A stretch of 53,065 bases of DNA, the filler included, from Squatina squatina (lineage: Eukaryota), in the NCBI GenBank assembly GCA_031763465.1. It is 3 parts of 2 records of this genome, joined end to end, with 100 filler letters (N's around TTAATTAATTAA, not from the genome) between each part and the next. Parts side by side here need not be neighbours in the genome. Positions count along the whole stretch, not along the records: positions 1 to 15,674 come from JARFOE010000192.1; positions 15,775 to 36,034 come from JARFOE010000192.1; 1 more part is not named here. One strand, written 5' to 3'. The notes beneath the pieces are model-generated. The model made no database searches. It saw nothing but the letters and a program-made list of their open reading frames with translations, and was not told the origin of the DNA. Positions 12,466-26,062 of the stretch are shown here, one piece after another. The first letter of the stretch is position 1; the number at the start of each line of letters is the position of its first letter. The translations under genes were made by a program, and so were the position numbers.

Positions 12466-14009
12466 CTAGCGAGAGAGTGAAAATTACTAAACATCTGCTC
12501 GAGCCTGGAAATGAAGAGAGGTCACCTACTGTGACAGATCAGAGATCTGTTGCATTTCATTTAATTTCATAAGAGATTGTGTGTGTTAACCATTCTTTAA
12601 GGGGATTTAAAGCGTGCCAGAATTGTTTAAGTCGGTTACTGCATGGCTAGGGACAGCCAGTCTGGATGGAATACACTTTATCTAGACCAGGACCACTCCC
12701 TCTGTGATTCATATCTATTTAACTTTTTTTTTCCTTTTTCTCCAATTACTTTTGAGGAAAATGTGCAGGGTCACAACCCAGTTATGTGGAGCGGAAATTC
12801 CCTCGTACTCTTGTTGAACAAGTGATGGAACGTTCACCGTGGTGGAAGTGATTCCTAGTGATCCCAGATGTACGGTCTATTTTGTGTTCTGTTGTATTTT
12901 GTCTTTGAAGGGCCACTCGCTGTGTTGGCTGACTGAAGAGGGGCCCCTTGTTATTGGCCTCACCGCTCTACTTTGTCTTGCAACTGGATGAAGGGCTTGA
13001 GGCGGGCTTCTCGAGTATCTCTGAAGTCTTATTTTAAATAATGTCTTCCCTCATACAGTGTTGATATGAAAATGCAAACCTCTTGGGGACAAGGACAAAT
13101 AACAGAGAGCTTAGGATATTGAGTATTGTTTATTTGACTTCTTTTAATTATTTTTTTATACACTTCTTCATATCATAGTAAAACACACAAACTTCCGAAT
13201 CACATACACACACATTATACAAGTTGGGAATCAGACATACAGAATAATAGAATCATAATTTAAAGACATGTTTTAAGTTTATACTTTAAGCCAGCTCATT
13301 AATTTGTTTCACAGGAATAGAAGAGCCATATTAAATTCATCTAATGTGATAAAGGATAGGTGTCCACATTTAGATTGATTCTGTGCAAACCATTTAAATA
13401 CAGCAATAGAGAATTCTTATGTATTAACCTGTAGCTTGAATAAGCAGTCTGGTGGAAATTAATCATATAATCAGAAAATGTAGTAATTGTCTTGAAGGCA
13501 CTTGTATAAAAGCTGAATGGATACAGCCTGGAAGTTGATTGAAACTCACAACTAAATGAGATACTATCTGCTAAGCCCCAAATTATTATTGTATACAAAT
13601 GGACCTATTTCATCAGAATGGGGTTGCTTTGTGGGGGCCTGTTACTTCTAAACTGCATGTACATTTGTAAATTTACAACAATGGATTTTTCCCTTTTTAT
13701 AAATTCTGTAAATACTTTATAACCTATTGTGATCAGTCCATTTTACAATATTTGAGGCGTCACCAAGGAGCACTTGACATTGATCAAATCAGTTATAAGA
13801 TTGTACTTATGAAGAAAGAAAAATATTAAAAAGTAGGACCCAGAAAAACTTAAGTGAAGTTGTTTACTGAAACAATAGTTACAAACTAGATTACTTTGGA
13901 AGTAAAGAATCTGGTCTAAGTGCTTTCTTTTACCATTTTCACTGTTTTGAATGTTTGAGTTGATATGTACCTTTGTTACTAACTGGAGGTTTTTGTTTTT
14001 TTAATGAAG

Positions 14010-14252
<243 letters not shown>

Positions 14253-15674
14253 TGATGGTAATGATGGGTACATACTTTTTCAGTAAATGGCTAATATCGT
14301 GCCCTTGCCTGTTTAGATTAAGCAACTTTAATTATTTGCATAATTACTTCAAAGCATTTTTAGCTGAATGTGAGAAGACAGAGGACAAGTTGATTATTTA
14401 AAAATGAAAAGCAGAAAATTTGGAATTTAATTGCAAAAATATCCACCCCACCGTACTTGTAAACTGTATGTACAAATCTGGTTACACATGACTATCAGCT
14501 AAACTACTGTTCCATTTAATTGTTTCAAAAGAGATATTGCAAACTATGGGATGTCTTAATCTGTACTTCAAACTATAATTTTAAACTTTAGAAAATAATC
14601 TACTTCTCAGGATTCATCGATTAAGATTAAGTAGCATGCATTCTTAAATAATCACATGCAGTTTGTGAATGAGTGCCTTAATAGTCTAAAATGTAAATTC
14701 CAGCATGGNNNNNNNNNNNNNNNNNNNNNNNNNNNNNNNNNNNNNNNNNNNNNNNNNNNNNNNNNNNNNNNNNNNNNNNNNNNNNNNNNNNNNNNNNNNN
14801 NNNNNNNNGAAAATACCCTTTGCCATTTTGAGTTGAGATATCACATTCAGACAATGGAGATCACACGCACCACAAATAAAAGTACTTGTCTGAGATTGTG
14901 CTACAGTACCACTGTCATGACTGGATCAGTGTCTAGCCTTGATGGTAGTAGCACTGCACTTGACCTTATAGAGATGCCTATTGTCAGCACTTGCATAAAA
15001 GTGAATGTAAAAGTTCTGTTATCCACCATTGTCAATCCTGTACCCTTGAGACTAAAAGAGTGGAATAGCAGAATGGTGAATTATAAGGGGCATTAGTTCA
15101 AGTACTTCATGGTCTGAAATAACACTGGTTTAGACACTATGGTGAGATAATGAAAAAGCCTCCAGAAATCATGACATTTTCTCTATAGTAAATGTTGTCT
15201 TTTTGTTTTATTCTGAGCATCTCAAATCTGAAATATTTTTATAGTAATTATTTTTCATAGCCTCAATATTATTCATCAGAGTGCTGAACTACAAGAGGAA
15301 AATTACCGTATTAGGACCAAGAGGTGAAGCAACACTTTTCAGAATATTTCACAGCCAAAATGATCATTGTTAACGACTGGAATCAGCAATTATGATGAAA
15401 AAATGATTGCAGATGCATTTTCAGAATCGAACCCCAGGGGTATTACATAACATGCAATAAATAAATTACGTGGACATTTTCTATGTGAAGTGAAGCAATG
15501 ACAAATTTTACTATAATTCTGTGAAATAGCACTATTTTAATTAAAAAAGAGCAAACAGTTTTGGCTATGCTTAAGTTATCAGGAAAACTGAAAAAGATTT
15601 TGACAGTAAATACCCCTTAAATGGATACTTGAAACCCAAAATATCGCTTATCACTAATTCACAGATGTTTGTAG

Positions 15675-15774
15675 NNNNNNNNNNNNNNNNNNNNNNNNNN
15701 NNNNNNNNNNNNNNNNNNTTAATTAATTAANNNNNNNNNNNNNNNNNNNNNNNNNNNNNNNNNNNNNNNNNNNN
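15675..15774. other. Artificial scaffold spacer (44 N + TTAATTAATTAA + 44 N)
   Basis: Exactly 100 bp, palindromic core with stops in all six frames; identical structure at 36035-36134. Confidence 0.97.
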
Positions 15775-17191
15775 TTATGCAGGGTTCCATTGTGAACACA
15801 TCTTCAATAAGCTAAATTCTTTCACACAATACAAATCACACACTTACACATGAAGTGGCCATTGATGAAACACTCTCAATCCCCTTCACTATGCGTGAGG
15901 TCATTACATTTTTTGTGGCACTGATTCCCCGTTCTCTCTGCCACGTCTGAGGCCGACATGTGGCAATCTCCCTCTGCATTCCCCTCATCATTCTGGCAGT
16001 GCCCCCTTCTGCCTGTCCGCCCTCCTCTCCACCGCACCAACGAGAGACTGCAGGGCAGCATCTGTAAATTTGGGGGCCCTCGGCCTTCGAAACGCAACTG
16101 CCATGAATCTCAAAAAAAAAAGCACTCATCTCAAGAACAGCACAAGAACCACCAGCACTCCTCCAAACGACTGACCAAAGCAGTGCTTGGCTCTCAACAA
16201 TGAGCCCCTTTAAGGGCAGGGGTGGCCTGGCAAATGATTGAGGCTGCTTAGATAGTTTGTTGAATTGGGCCACTGAAACCAGACTAGCTCAATGAGCGCC
16301 GAACCTGAAACCATTAACGCTGATTTTTTGCTCAGTTTAGAACCAGCCCGAAAAAAAATTCAAAAAATATCAGCGCTAAACGGGCGCAAAAATCATACCT
16401 TTTGGTCACCGTTTGAAACGCAGTACAGACCAATTGGGCCCCCTTACATTTTTGGTAGCTGAATCCAGCGGTCCCTAGAAGGACTGCTGATTAGGTCATA
16501 TATTGATCAAGTAATGCTGGCCGGAGGAGACCCAGCACATGGTACGGATATGCTGCCAATTTCCTGGAGGTGATCCTGAAACAGGGGTTAAACACTGTCA
16601 AGACTCACTCAGAAATTATGCCCATTTGGTCAAGCTACTGGAGAGTACCTATCACTCAGAGGACTATATTCCAGCCTCCAGGAGAGAGGGAGGGATGAAT
16701 ATTGGCTGGGGAAAAAAAAATGTGCAATTGATAGCAATCACCTCTCCAATCTTTAAGCAAAACTATTCTTCCTCCTTAGCCAACATTTTTATAGTATGAA
16801 ACATTTATAAATATATTATAAATCAACAACACCCTATAAAAATGCCAATGAACTATGGCGTAGGCTATCAAACTGCAATATAATAAATAAACAAATTGGC
16901 ATATTCTAGCATGCAAATCAATTGCTGCTGCCCTAATTAAAATTATACCAGCAGTTACATTAAAGAGTAGTCTCTTTTTTTACCACTGGTGCCTTATATA
17001 ACAGTCTTTTCATTCCCAAGTCAATGACCCCTTGATATGGAAGCCTAAGGTATGCGTGCAAATAAAAATTAAAGCCTGTAGGTTTACATTGAAAACATTT
17101 ATGTTTTTCTTCTTCTTTTGAACAAAAATCCCTTTTTATATGAGAGATTTATCAATTGATCTTATGTTAAATTAAATACTGCCAAATGCAC

Positions 17192-17216
17192 TATATATAT
17201 ATATATATATATATAT
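17192..17216. repeat. (TA)n microsatellite
   Basis: About 12 TA units read directly. Confidence 0.9.
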
Positions 17217-17487
17217 GCCAGTTAAATGCTATTTCTGTAGACTTCTGTTGGTTATAAGAATATTCTATCCACCTTCCTGAGAGTTGCAAATACTTCAAAC
17301 TGATCTCAGATATTTAGGCCAAATGGTTTACATTTCATTCTTAATTATATATAAATGTTGATGTTGCTGCGTTCCCAAATAGCCTGTGTTCCTCTTATTG
17401 AGGAAGAAGATTGCAAAATCTACCAAAACTAACTCAAAGCCACAAGGCAGAAGAAAAACAGAAAACACATCAAGAAGAATTAATGAT

Positions 17488-17670
17488 GCAAAAGCAAAAT
17501 ACTGCGGATGCTGGAATCTAGAATATAAACAAAAAATGCTGGAAAACTCAGCAAGTCAGGCAGCATCTGTGGGGAGAAAAAGAGAGTCAATGTTTCGGGT
17601 CGATGACCCTTCGTCAGAACTGAAAAAAGCCAGAAATGCAGGAGGTTTTCAAGACCTGCAGGGGCAGGGA
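17488..17670 (+). mobile_element. Penelope-like element terminal fragment
   Basis: GCAAAAGCAAAATACTGCGGATGCTGGAATCTAG...GCAGCATCTGTGG...GTTTCGGGTCGATGACCCTTCGTCAGAAC; related copies at 4470 and 5101. Family name from recall of shark repeats. Confidence 0.6.
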
Positions 17671-17829
17671 TGATGCAACTGTCTCAGTTTTATATTGAAG
17701 TTAAAATACATCCCAACCATGATTAAAATNNNNNNNNNNNNNNNNNNNNNNNNNNNNNNNNNNNNNNNNNNNNNNNNNNNNNNNNNNNNNNNNNNNNNNN
17801 NNNNNNNNNNNNNNNNNNNNNNNNNNNNN

Positions 17830-18065
17830 GGTCACCTTCAGCTGACCTTTGGTCATACTCTCTCAAACTTCCTCCTTAACCCACTTTGTCTCTCCACTTA
17901 TCTTTCCACCTTTAAAAACTTACTGAAAACCTATTTTTTGACCAAGCATTTTGTCACTCCTAATCTCTCCCTCCATGACTTGGCATCTGTTCCTCAATCT
18001 CCTTCCACTGTGAAGCACTTTGGAACTATTTTTTAATAACGCTGTGTAAATGCAAATTTTTGTTG
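17830..18065 (+). mobile_element. L2-type LINE 3' end, degraded
   Basis: CTACTGAAAACCTATTTTTTGACCAAGCATTTTGTCA...TGTGAAGCACTTTGGAAC...CGCTGTGTAAATGCAA; homologous to the reverse complement of 33125-33340 and 41500-41710. Confidence 0.7.
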
Positions 18066-18224
18066 AAGCCAAAAATTATATTTTTGAAAAATAAGATAAT
18101 AAATTGTAACTTGTAATAAATTAAGTCAAAACAAACAAACCTGAATACAAAATATACGCACATACCTTGGCTAAATTTAATGCAAAACACTTAGGAATAA
18201 CATTATCCACTTTTNNNNNNNNNN

Positions 18225-18433
<209 letters not shown>

Positions 18434-18559
18434 TTACATTGTGTCATCTAGCTGTCATGTCAGCCTCTTCTGCTGATCTGCAGATATGGACCTAGCTTGG
18501 TTTGTAGAGCACTCCAGCAGTTCTAACAGAAGTGTAATAGATGCTGCTCAAATTGGAGA

Positions 18560-19370
18560 TAGATTGAAAGTGGTAACCCCCAGGGTCTGAGCGAGCTGCA
18601 TTTCGTTCTTGATATAAATGGATCATTTTGACTTGGGTATAGTGAGCGTGATCTCCAACTATGGTGAAGACACAAAAGTAGGAGGGAATGGCAAATAGTG
18701 TGGAGGACTGTAGAAGACTTTAGGAAGATATAGGCAAGTTAGGGGAATGAGCAGACAGGTGACAGATGTGAAGAAGTGTGATGGAATGCATTTGGGAAGA
18801 AAAACAAGGAATGGAAGTATACAATCAATTGAAAGACACGGAAGGGTGTAGAGAAACAAAGAGACCTAGGGCTACAAATAATTCCGTGAAAGGGTGTGAG
18901 CAGCATAAAAAAAAGGCCAATAGCATGCCAGGTTTTAAATAGGAACTCACAGTGCAAGATGAGAGAGGTTACAATATACATGTACAAGGCAATAGTTAGA
19001 TCACAGTTAAAGCACTGTGTGCAGTGGTGGGCACCCAATTTATAGAAAGGGCATTAAAACCATAGACTGGTACAGCATAGATTCAACCAGAATGACACCA
19101 GAGATAGGTAAACTACAGCTATTAGAAGAGATACAAGATATTGGGACTATTTCCACTGATGCAAAGTAAGCTAAGAAATTATTTGAGAGATGTTTAAAAT
19201 TCTGAGGGGTTTTGATATGGTGAATAGGGAAAGGCTATTTCCTCTGTAGGAAGTCAATGAGTGGTCATCAATTTAAAACTGTCATTAAGTGAGTGGAGAG
19301 GTTTGCGAGAAATGTATTTATAGAGACCTATTGGAGCATGGAATGTTTTGCCACAAGAAGTAGTTGAGTA
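18560..19370 (+). mobile_element. Degraded CR1 LINE ORF2 (RT and C-terminal part)
   Basis: GGTGAAGACACAAAAGTAGGAGGG (eroded ADDTKVGG), AAGTGTGATGGAATGCATTTGGGAAG (KC..MH.G), CAGAGAGACCTAGG-like, CACTGTGTGCAGTGGTGGGCACC; many stops and frameshifts. Confidence 0.75.
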
Positions 19371-20004
19371 GATATGTTCACCAACATGTTTTGTGCTGAC
19401 AGTCAGCATTTGCTGATAAAAATCAACTTTCACTGCCTCTGGGAAGACACCCCAGATTGCCTGAAATGTTCTTGTGTGCATGTCTGCTGTTTCTTTATAA
19501 AAGATTGATTGTTTTATTGGGCATAGCTGCAACTTAAGTTACAGCACAGTCTTGTCTCACTGTATTCTCAGCATTACCATTTGCTTTCACCTCATAGGCA
19601 AGGCCTTTAGGTTTCAATTCTCACAGAAAAGGAACCAAATTGTGTAATATGATCCCAAAAGTTGCTGAAAATCCTAGCAGGTCATTTAAACTTTTAGCGT
19701 CAGGGGAAAAACAAGTGATAGCGAATTGACAGCCTGTTTTACACCTAGCTCAGTTTGTTTTCCATTGAAGTCAAAATTTTAAAAACAAACATTCCAGCAG
19801 TATGACTTAAAAAGTTAGTTAAGTGAACATTAAAGCATATGGATCTACTCCACTACCCAAGGTTGCCTGCCTTATTTGCAGTATTTCAGCCAAAAGAATC
19901 TCAACGGAGGAGTCAGTAAATTTGGGAGCTCTGTGCCCTGATGTTGTAGCCTTGTCCATCCTTCGTTAGACTCCTCCAATTTCCATTACCAATATGGTAT
20001 CCAT

Positions 20005-20368
20005 CCTGGCAGTATAGTGGTTATGTTACTGGACTAGTAATCCAGAGAACATGAGTTCAAATCCCACAGTTTGAGAAAATCTGGAAGTAAAAAGCTGTTA
20101 TCAATAAAAAGTGACAATGAAGTTGTTGGATTGTGGTAAAAATCCAACTGACTCACTAATGTCCTTTAGGGAAGGAAACCTGCCATCCTTGCATGCTCTG
20201 GCCTTTATGTGACTCCAGTCCCACTGGTTGTCTCTTAACTACCCGCTGAAGTAGCCGAGCAAACAGTTGTATCAAATGCCATCCAGTAGTTCAAGGCAGC
20301 AGCCCACCACCACCTTCTCAGGGAAACTAGGGATGGGCAACAAATACGGACCTTACCAATGTGCCCAC
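20005..20368 (+). mobile_element. tRNA-derived SINE with LINE-derived 3' tail
   Basis: A-box-like AGTATAGTGG, CTGGACTAGTAATCCAG stem-loop, B-box GAGTTCAAATCCC; 3' part CAAGGCAGCAGCCCACCACCACCTTCTCAGGG...TAGGGATGGGCAACAAAT recalled as a shark LINE 3' end. Confidence 0.75.
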
Positions 20369-22599
20369 NNNNNNNNNNNNNNNNNNNNNNNNNNNNNNNN
20401 NNNNNNNNNNNNNNNNNNNNNNNNNNNNNNNNNNNNNNNNNNNNNNNNNNNNNNNNNNNNNNNNNNNNTCAGCTTGATAACAACACACTCTGTACAACTC
20501 ACGGACTACTTACCAGTGAATTCCCACTTTTAGCAAAATTCCATCTTCACTTTGTTTTGCAACTCACTCTACATGTGTAACTATAGAGGTTTGATGGTTT
20601 CTGACTTTTATTTACATTGATCCATTTTTACATTCTAAGCTATAGAATATATTATTACTAAAACTCTTGTAATGAATCATGACATTTCTTATTATAGAAC
20701 AATATTGAAGTAACCATCTCCTTTTACTACTAAAGCAACCATCTCCCGTTATTACTAACATTTTTATTGCTTTTGTCATTTTATGACTATATTGTTTCTT
20801 TGCACTGCTTAGACCATTTCCCTAGGCTCTAGATTTGTATTGCTTTCCTGTCACGTAGAAGCTGATTAACAGCTTGAACTCAGTTGTGTAAACAAGTGCT
20901 CCCAAAAAGTTAGTTTAATACCCTGTCATACAGTCAATCACATTTACGTTGTGATGTATGGAGTATTTTAAAAGTGGGCTACAGCATAAATCCAACTGAC
21001 AGCTTAATTGTTTAAGTATGCATAACTACATTGTAGATCCTCCTCTAATAATTTGCTACAGTTGATGTGTTTTACACCATTTTACAGCAGCAGATAAAAT
21101 CATTTGAGGCATGGCATCAATAGACATGTTTTATTTTGTCTTTAATTATGCATGTAATTGTCACCCAGTGTTGTTGCAAGTAAAAAAGGACCTTGTATCT
21201 TCTTTAACATTATACTGGTTACATAGAAATTGCAGCATGGAGCAGTTCGGCTGAATCAGTCCGTGTTGGTATTTGTCCTCTACATAATCAGTAGTCTGAA
21301 TCCTATCTGCCTGCTCTGTTCTCCTATCCCTTTATTCCCCTTTCCTTCAACCACCTATCTAACATTTTGGGCTGGAATTTGGAATGGGTCATAACAGCGA
21401 ATTAATAGCGTTTGACATTATTACACCTTTGAAACTGACTGCAACTTCAGAATGTAGCGCTTGCACATCTAAATGCAGAAATCCTGAAGTTACGATCAGT
21501 CATTCACTGCTCCAACTCTGGCTACGCTGAGAAGCCCCCGCACTCACAACCCGCCCTCCTCCCTCCAACCACTCCATTGCTGGCAATCAGTGTTATCAGG
21601 GGAATCAGNNNNNNNNNNNNNNNNNNNNNNNNNNNNNNNNNNNNNNNNNNNNNNNNNNNNNNNNNNNNNNNNNNNNNNNNNNNNNNNNNNNNNNNNNNNN
21701 NNNNNNNNGGGGGGGGGGGGGGGGGGGGGAGACAAACAATCCTTTATTGTTGGGATTCCCGATCCTGAGATCTTCGAAACGCGAGGGAGCAGGTCGGAGT
21801 GTTTCCCTCAGTCAGCACTCAACCACAATTCTGCAAGCAGACTGAATACCCTTTGGTCTTAAATGGGAGCAAAATAATGGTTCCTCTTTTTAAAAAAGCT
21901 CTCCGCACCTTCGGTTGAGACAGAACAAGAAGCATGTAATCTATGCAGTCCAATGTACCGATAAAGACGGGTTACATCTTACCATCATTACCGCAGTTCG
22001 AGTCAATCAATAAGGTATTATTATCCCTCTGATAACGCTTCTGTAATTATATATTATTAATAATGGTGACACCAATTCAAAAGGAGGTTGGTTGTGTAAA
22101 CAACGTCAGTGGTATTTCAGAGTCAGACGAGTGCAAATAATAAGCATGCAATATGTTCAGTTCATGACACCTAAACAAAACAATAATCTGTGCAGAACAA
22201 TGCGGACTGTACTCATGAATGCTTCAAAACAATGTCACCGAGTAGTTCACATATCTGTGTGAAATACATAAACATTGCAACGATGACTATTCAGTTTGTG
22301 AAGTCTTAATGAGAGGAAAATAATCTAGTCAGTCTGCAGACATAATAACAATGTGATTAACAGCATAAAATATGTCAACATTGTAATTCAGCTGATGAAA
22401 TCCTAGCAATCTAACAATTATAATCAATAGCAGCAGAATTGGTGAGTAATAGAACCGTTGTTCTTGCATAAATACTGAGCATTGTTATTGCTAATCAGGT
22501 AGAGACTTTATAATAAAACGAGATGCCTGCACAGAACAAANNNNNNNNNNCTGTACCAAGGAATGAAGATGCCTACTGACTAAGTGAACAGAAGGGCGG

Positions 22600-22880
22600 C
22601 AATTACCTCGCTGACTAACATTAAAAATAATCAAATAAAAAGCTCGCCTAATGAACGAGCGTGTGTGTAAAGGCTGTGGTTTGCCTCCCCCTCCCCCTGC
22701 AGCTGTGGCAGGGCCGATCCCCTCCCCTCCCCTCCTCTGCTGCCGAGGCTGGGGGCGCTGCCGGCCTCTGATAGGCAGCCGGCAGCCCGATGTCACGGGC
22801 AGTGACGTGCTCGAGTGCAGCCAGCGCCGGCTCGATTGGCGTTTGGAACCCAGTTGAGGCGGCGGCAAAGAGGGGCTGAT
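22600..22880 (-). promoter_or_regulatory. ICA1: CpG-rich putative ICA1 promoter and first exon
   Basis: GC/CpG-rich island upstream of the ICA1 coding exon. On the minus strand: CCAAT at 22835-22839, CACGTCAC (CRE/E-box-like) at 22802-22809, donor GAG|GTAATT with exon ending at 22607. Confidence 0.6.
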
Positions 22881-25611
22881 CACCAATGATCAGATTTAAT
22901 CGTCCCTGAATTGAAACTTGGCAGGCACTGAATTATGAGANNNNNNNNNNNNNNNNNNNNNNNNNNNNNNNNNNNNNNNNNNNNNNNNNNNNNNNNNNNN
23001 NNNNNNNNNNNNNNNNNNNNNNNNNNNNNNNNNNNNNNNNAACACACTTCCCGTGAGACCACGTACCAAAGGTATACTCCAATATGATATACTCGCTCCG
23101 CGCAGGAGGTTTTAGACTGAGCAGAGAGGTGATGTCTACACTTCTTGTAACATTGGTCCACTTATCCAGATGCTGTCGTAGATTTAACCTTTGTAAAATA
23201 TTCTACACTTGTCTCTGAAAATGAATGAAAAGCAAGATAATAGGGACAATGCAAGATTCTGTCAGTCATCCGACCTTCTGTAACTGCAGGAAAAGAACTG
23301 GACAAATCACTAAAGGTCTTAATGATGGTAAGAAGACACTTTTAAGNNNNNNNNNNAATTACTTAGTATACTTAGGGGAGTGGGCTGTCTAATTACGAAT
23401 AGGCAAAGGGATGTTAAATAGAATGAGAAACTTAGGACCATACCTCTCAGACTTGTCTGAGGTTACACGGTCCACTTCTCCCCCACCACCATAACCATTA
23501 TACTGGCCTCCAATATACGCTACATGTGCAGCCCATTTATTGCACTGCAGAAATGAGGTACTTCTTGGGTTATAAAAAAAATGCATATATTCTACTAAAC
23601 TATAGCTGGATTATCGAGGAAGTTTGTCAGAAGCACTAATGCACGTTGGTGTTGCTGAGAACATGATCATTACAATATGAATATTTAAACAATTTTTACA
23701 TCTACGGTTACACGATTTATTTTCCTAATTGTCTCTTTCTTTCGTAGCAGTGTCTGGGATTATTTTTTGCTCACCATTCTGTTACCAACATGACACCAAG
23801 GGTAATTAGTAGTAACCCATTTCGAGGCTGTTTCTAATTGCTATCAGTAGGCAAATACTCTCTCTGGATTTCTTCTTCAGATACACAGTAATGTAACGGC
23901 GTGTCCCAGAACAGTTGGCTAACGACTGCATCTTTGCTATAATGAGGTTTTTAACTGAAACATTAACAATTTACTCCCATGATTTCACAATAAGTTTCAC
24001 CGCATTGGCGGGATTTGGACTTGCATCTCACTAATGCAAAGAACCTACATAGATTCGTAAACTTTACATCTATCTTTTCCTATCAGCTGTTAATTAGCTC
24101 TTGCGATTTACAGCTTCGTAAATCCACAATGCAATAATTAAGTCTATGCCGTACATAATAAAATGTCTGAGTGTTTCAGTTAGAAGGACAGAAAGCGCAG
24201 CAGACCGGGAATAGGTCAGGCCATGTTTATAATCCACAATNNNNNNNNNNNNNNNNNNNNNNNNNNNNNNNNNNNNNNNNNNNNNNNNNNNNNNNNNNNN
24301 NNNNNNNNNNNNNNNNNNNNNNNNNNNNNNNNNNNNNNNNNNNNNNNNNNNNNNNNNNNNNNNNNNNNNNNNNNNNNNNNNNNNNNNNNNNNNNNNNNNN
24401 NNNNNNNNNNNNNNNNNNNNGGCACTTGTTAGTTAATTCCAAAGACTTGGTCAGTGACAGGCCGGCTGATAGATAACCTGCCAAATGCAATACCTTCAAA
24501 AGAATCAGCACTCAAGCACAGTGATTGTACACGCTGCTAGACACCATGTGGCCCTTGTTGCAGTGTTTCCTATTTGAAAATAAGAAGGGATCCAAGGTAA
24601 TTTACCACAATCCTATGAACACTAATCTTCTATTGACATACCGCACCTCCAGAGAGCGAGCAGTTGACGAGTATCTGTCATTGAATACATGGTTATTGAC
24701 AGACTGGGCTGTGATTCATGGTGCTTTTGATCAATGAAACGTAATTGTAATTGAGCATTTTGTGAAAATAATATAGGGGCTTTTATGGCAACACATTGCT
24801 ATTTTTCTCCATTTTACATCACGGATACAAATGTCATTATTTGGATTGAATACTATGAAACCACAATGAATTATGCATATTTTGCTAACCATAGGATTAT
24901 TACCACCAGCATTCGGATAAAATGTTTTATATGAGATTATATCGATGGATAACGATTGCACCCTTAGTGGTTATCTTTTTCAGTTCAGCAATATGCAACC
25001 TTTATTAACATATTTCTAAGTTAGTATACATGTTAGATTCACGCTTCTACCCCGCCCTAGTCAACCACAGGACACCTAGATTTTCTGGGATTCCCGTCAA
25101 ATTATTATGGGATCGTGGCTCGCATGGTTTGAGTGTAGCGTCGGATTCCATCCATTTTTTTAAAGTCACAAAGTGATTGTCTCTCGCTGCTTACAGAGAG
25201 CACTTCGGCACGGTAGATCTGGCTTCAACCACCCTCGGTCCTTCATAGCATTCAGTGGCCGGGGGGCCTCGCTGTGGATCATCGTCACTTAATATGTGGG
25301 TGAGCGTGGGTGGGGGGAATGAATTCCGCGAAAAGGCGTGGTGGCGGGGTGGAAGGAGAGTGCTTTTTATTTAATTTGTTTAAAAATGGTATGCAATGTG
25401 GACGCTGTCAGGCATTGCACACAAAACATTCTGGCTAAATTTAATTGGACTGTCAAATATCTCCGCACTCTTGTCACGGTGAAGCTCTAATTCGCTGTCA
25501 AAAGGCCAAGTAGTCCATTAGAGAAGGTGGCACATAATTAAAGAGCCGCCTGCTGACACGGTGCTCCATCAGTTCAATCTCACTTTCTTCAGGGATTTCG
25601 TCTAACTCTAT

Positions 25612-25710
25612 GAAAGAAAGACTTTCGATCTCAGGATGTCCCAAAGCTCTGCACAGCCAATGAAGTACTTTTGAAGTGTAGTCACTGTTGTAATGTAGGA
25701 GACGACAATG
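25612..25710 (-). mobile_element. Deu-SINE 3' tail fragment
   Basis: CTCAGGATGTCCCAAAGCTCTGCACAGCCAATGAAGTACTTTTGAAGTGTAGTCACTGTTGTAATGTAGGA, homologous to 12105-12170. Confidence 0.7.
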
Positions 25711-26062
25711 ATGCCTCGACTTTGGCAGTATCATTTCTGGATCATAAATTGCATCTGAATGCCCGCTACTGACTTGGCTTTTGTGAAGTGCGACGGTAGA
25801 TCAGAGTTATACCGATGGGTACACTTCAATCCAGTTTAAAATGACCGGCCTGTTTGGGTGTACGCACAGCTGTACCTTGGGCCAACTCACTTTTAAGGGT
25901 GGATTTTGCTGCCTCTGCCGCTGGGTAATGCCCAGTTCCCTGGGCACAAAGGTCAGGAAATCNNNNNNNNNNNNNNNNNNNNNNNNNNNNNNNNNNNNNN
26001 NNNNNNNNNNNNNNNNNNNNNNNNNNNNNNNNNNNNNNNNNNNNNNNNNNNNNNNNNNNNNN

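Noticed and set aside
15719-15730. TTAATTAATTAA palindrome as a biological motif (homeodomain site, recombination site)
   Set aside because: Centred between two 44-N runs, total exactly 100 bp, and repeated identically at 36079-36090: an assembly linker.
15836-16440. 145-aa minus-strand ORF and GC-rich patch
   Set aside because: No recognisable protein or convincing splice pattern; looks like an unclassified interspersed repeat.
21709-21729. Poly-G run as a functional G-quadruplex
   Set aside because: It abuts a gap; homopolymers at contig ends are unreliable.
22491-22886. 131-aa and 68-aa ORFs in the CpG island
   Set aside because: Low-complexity G/P/R-rich translations are expected from GC-rich promoter DNA.
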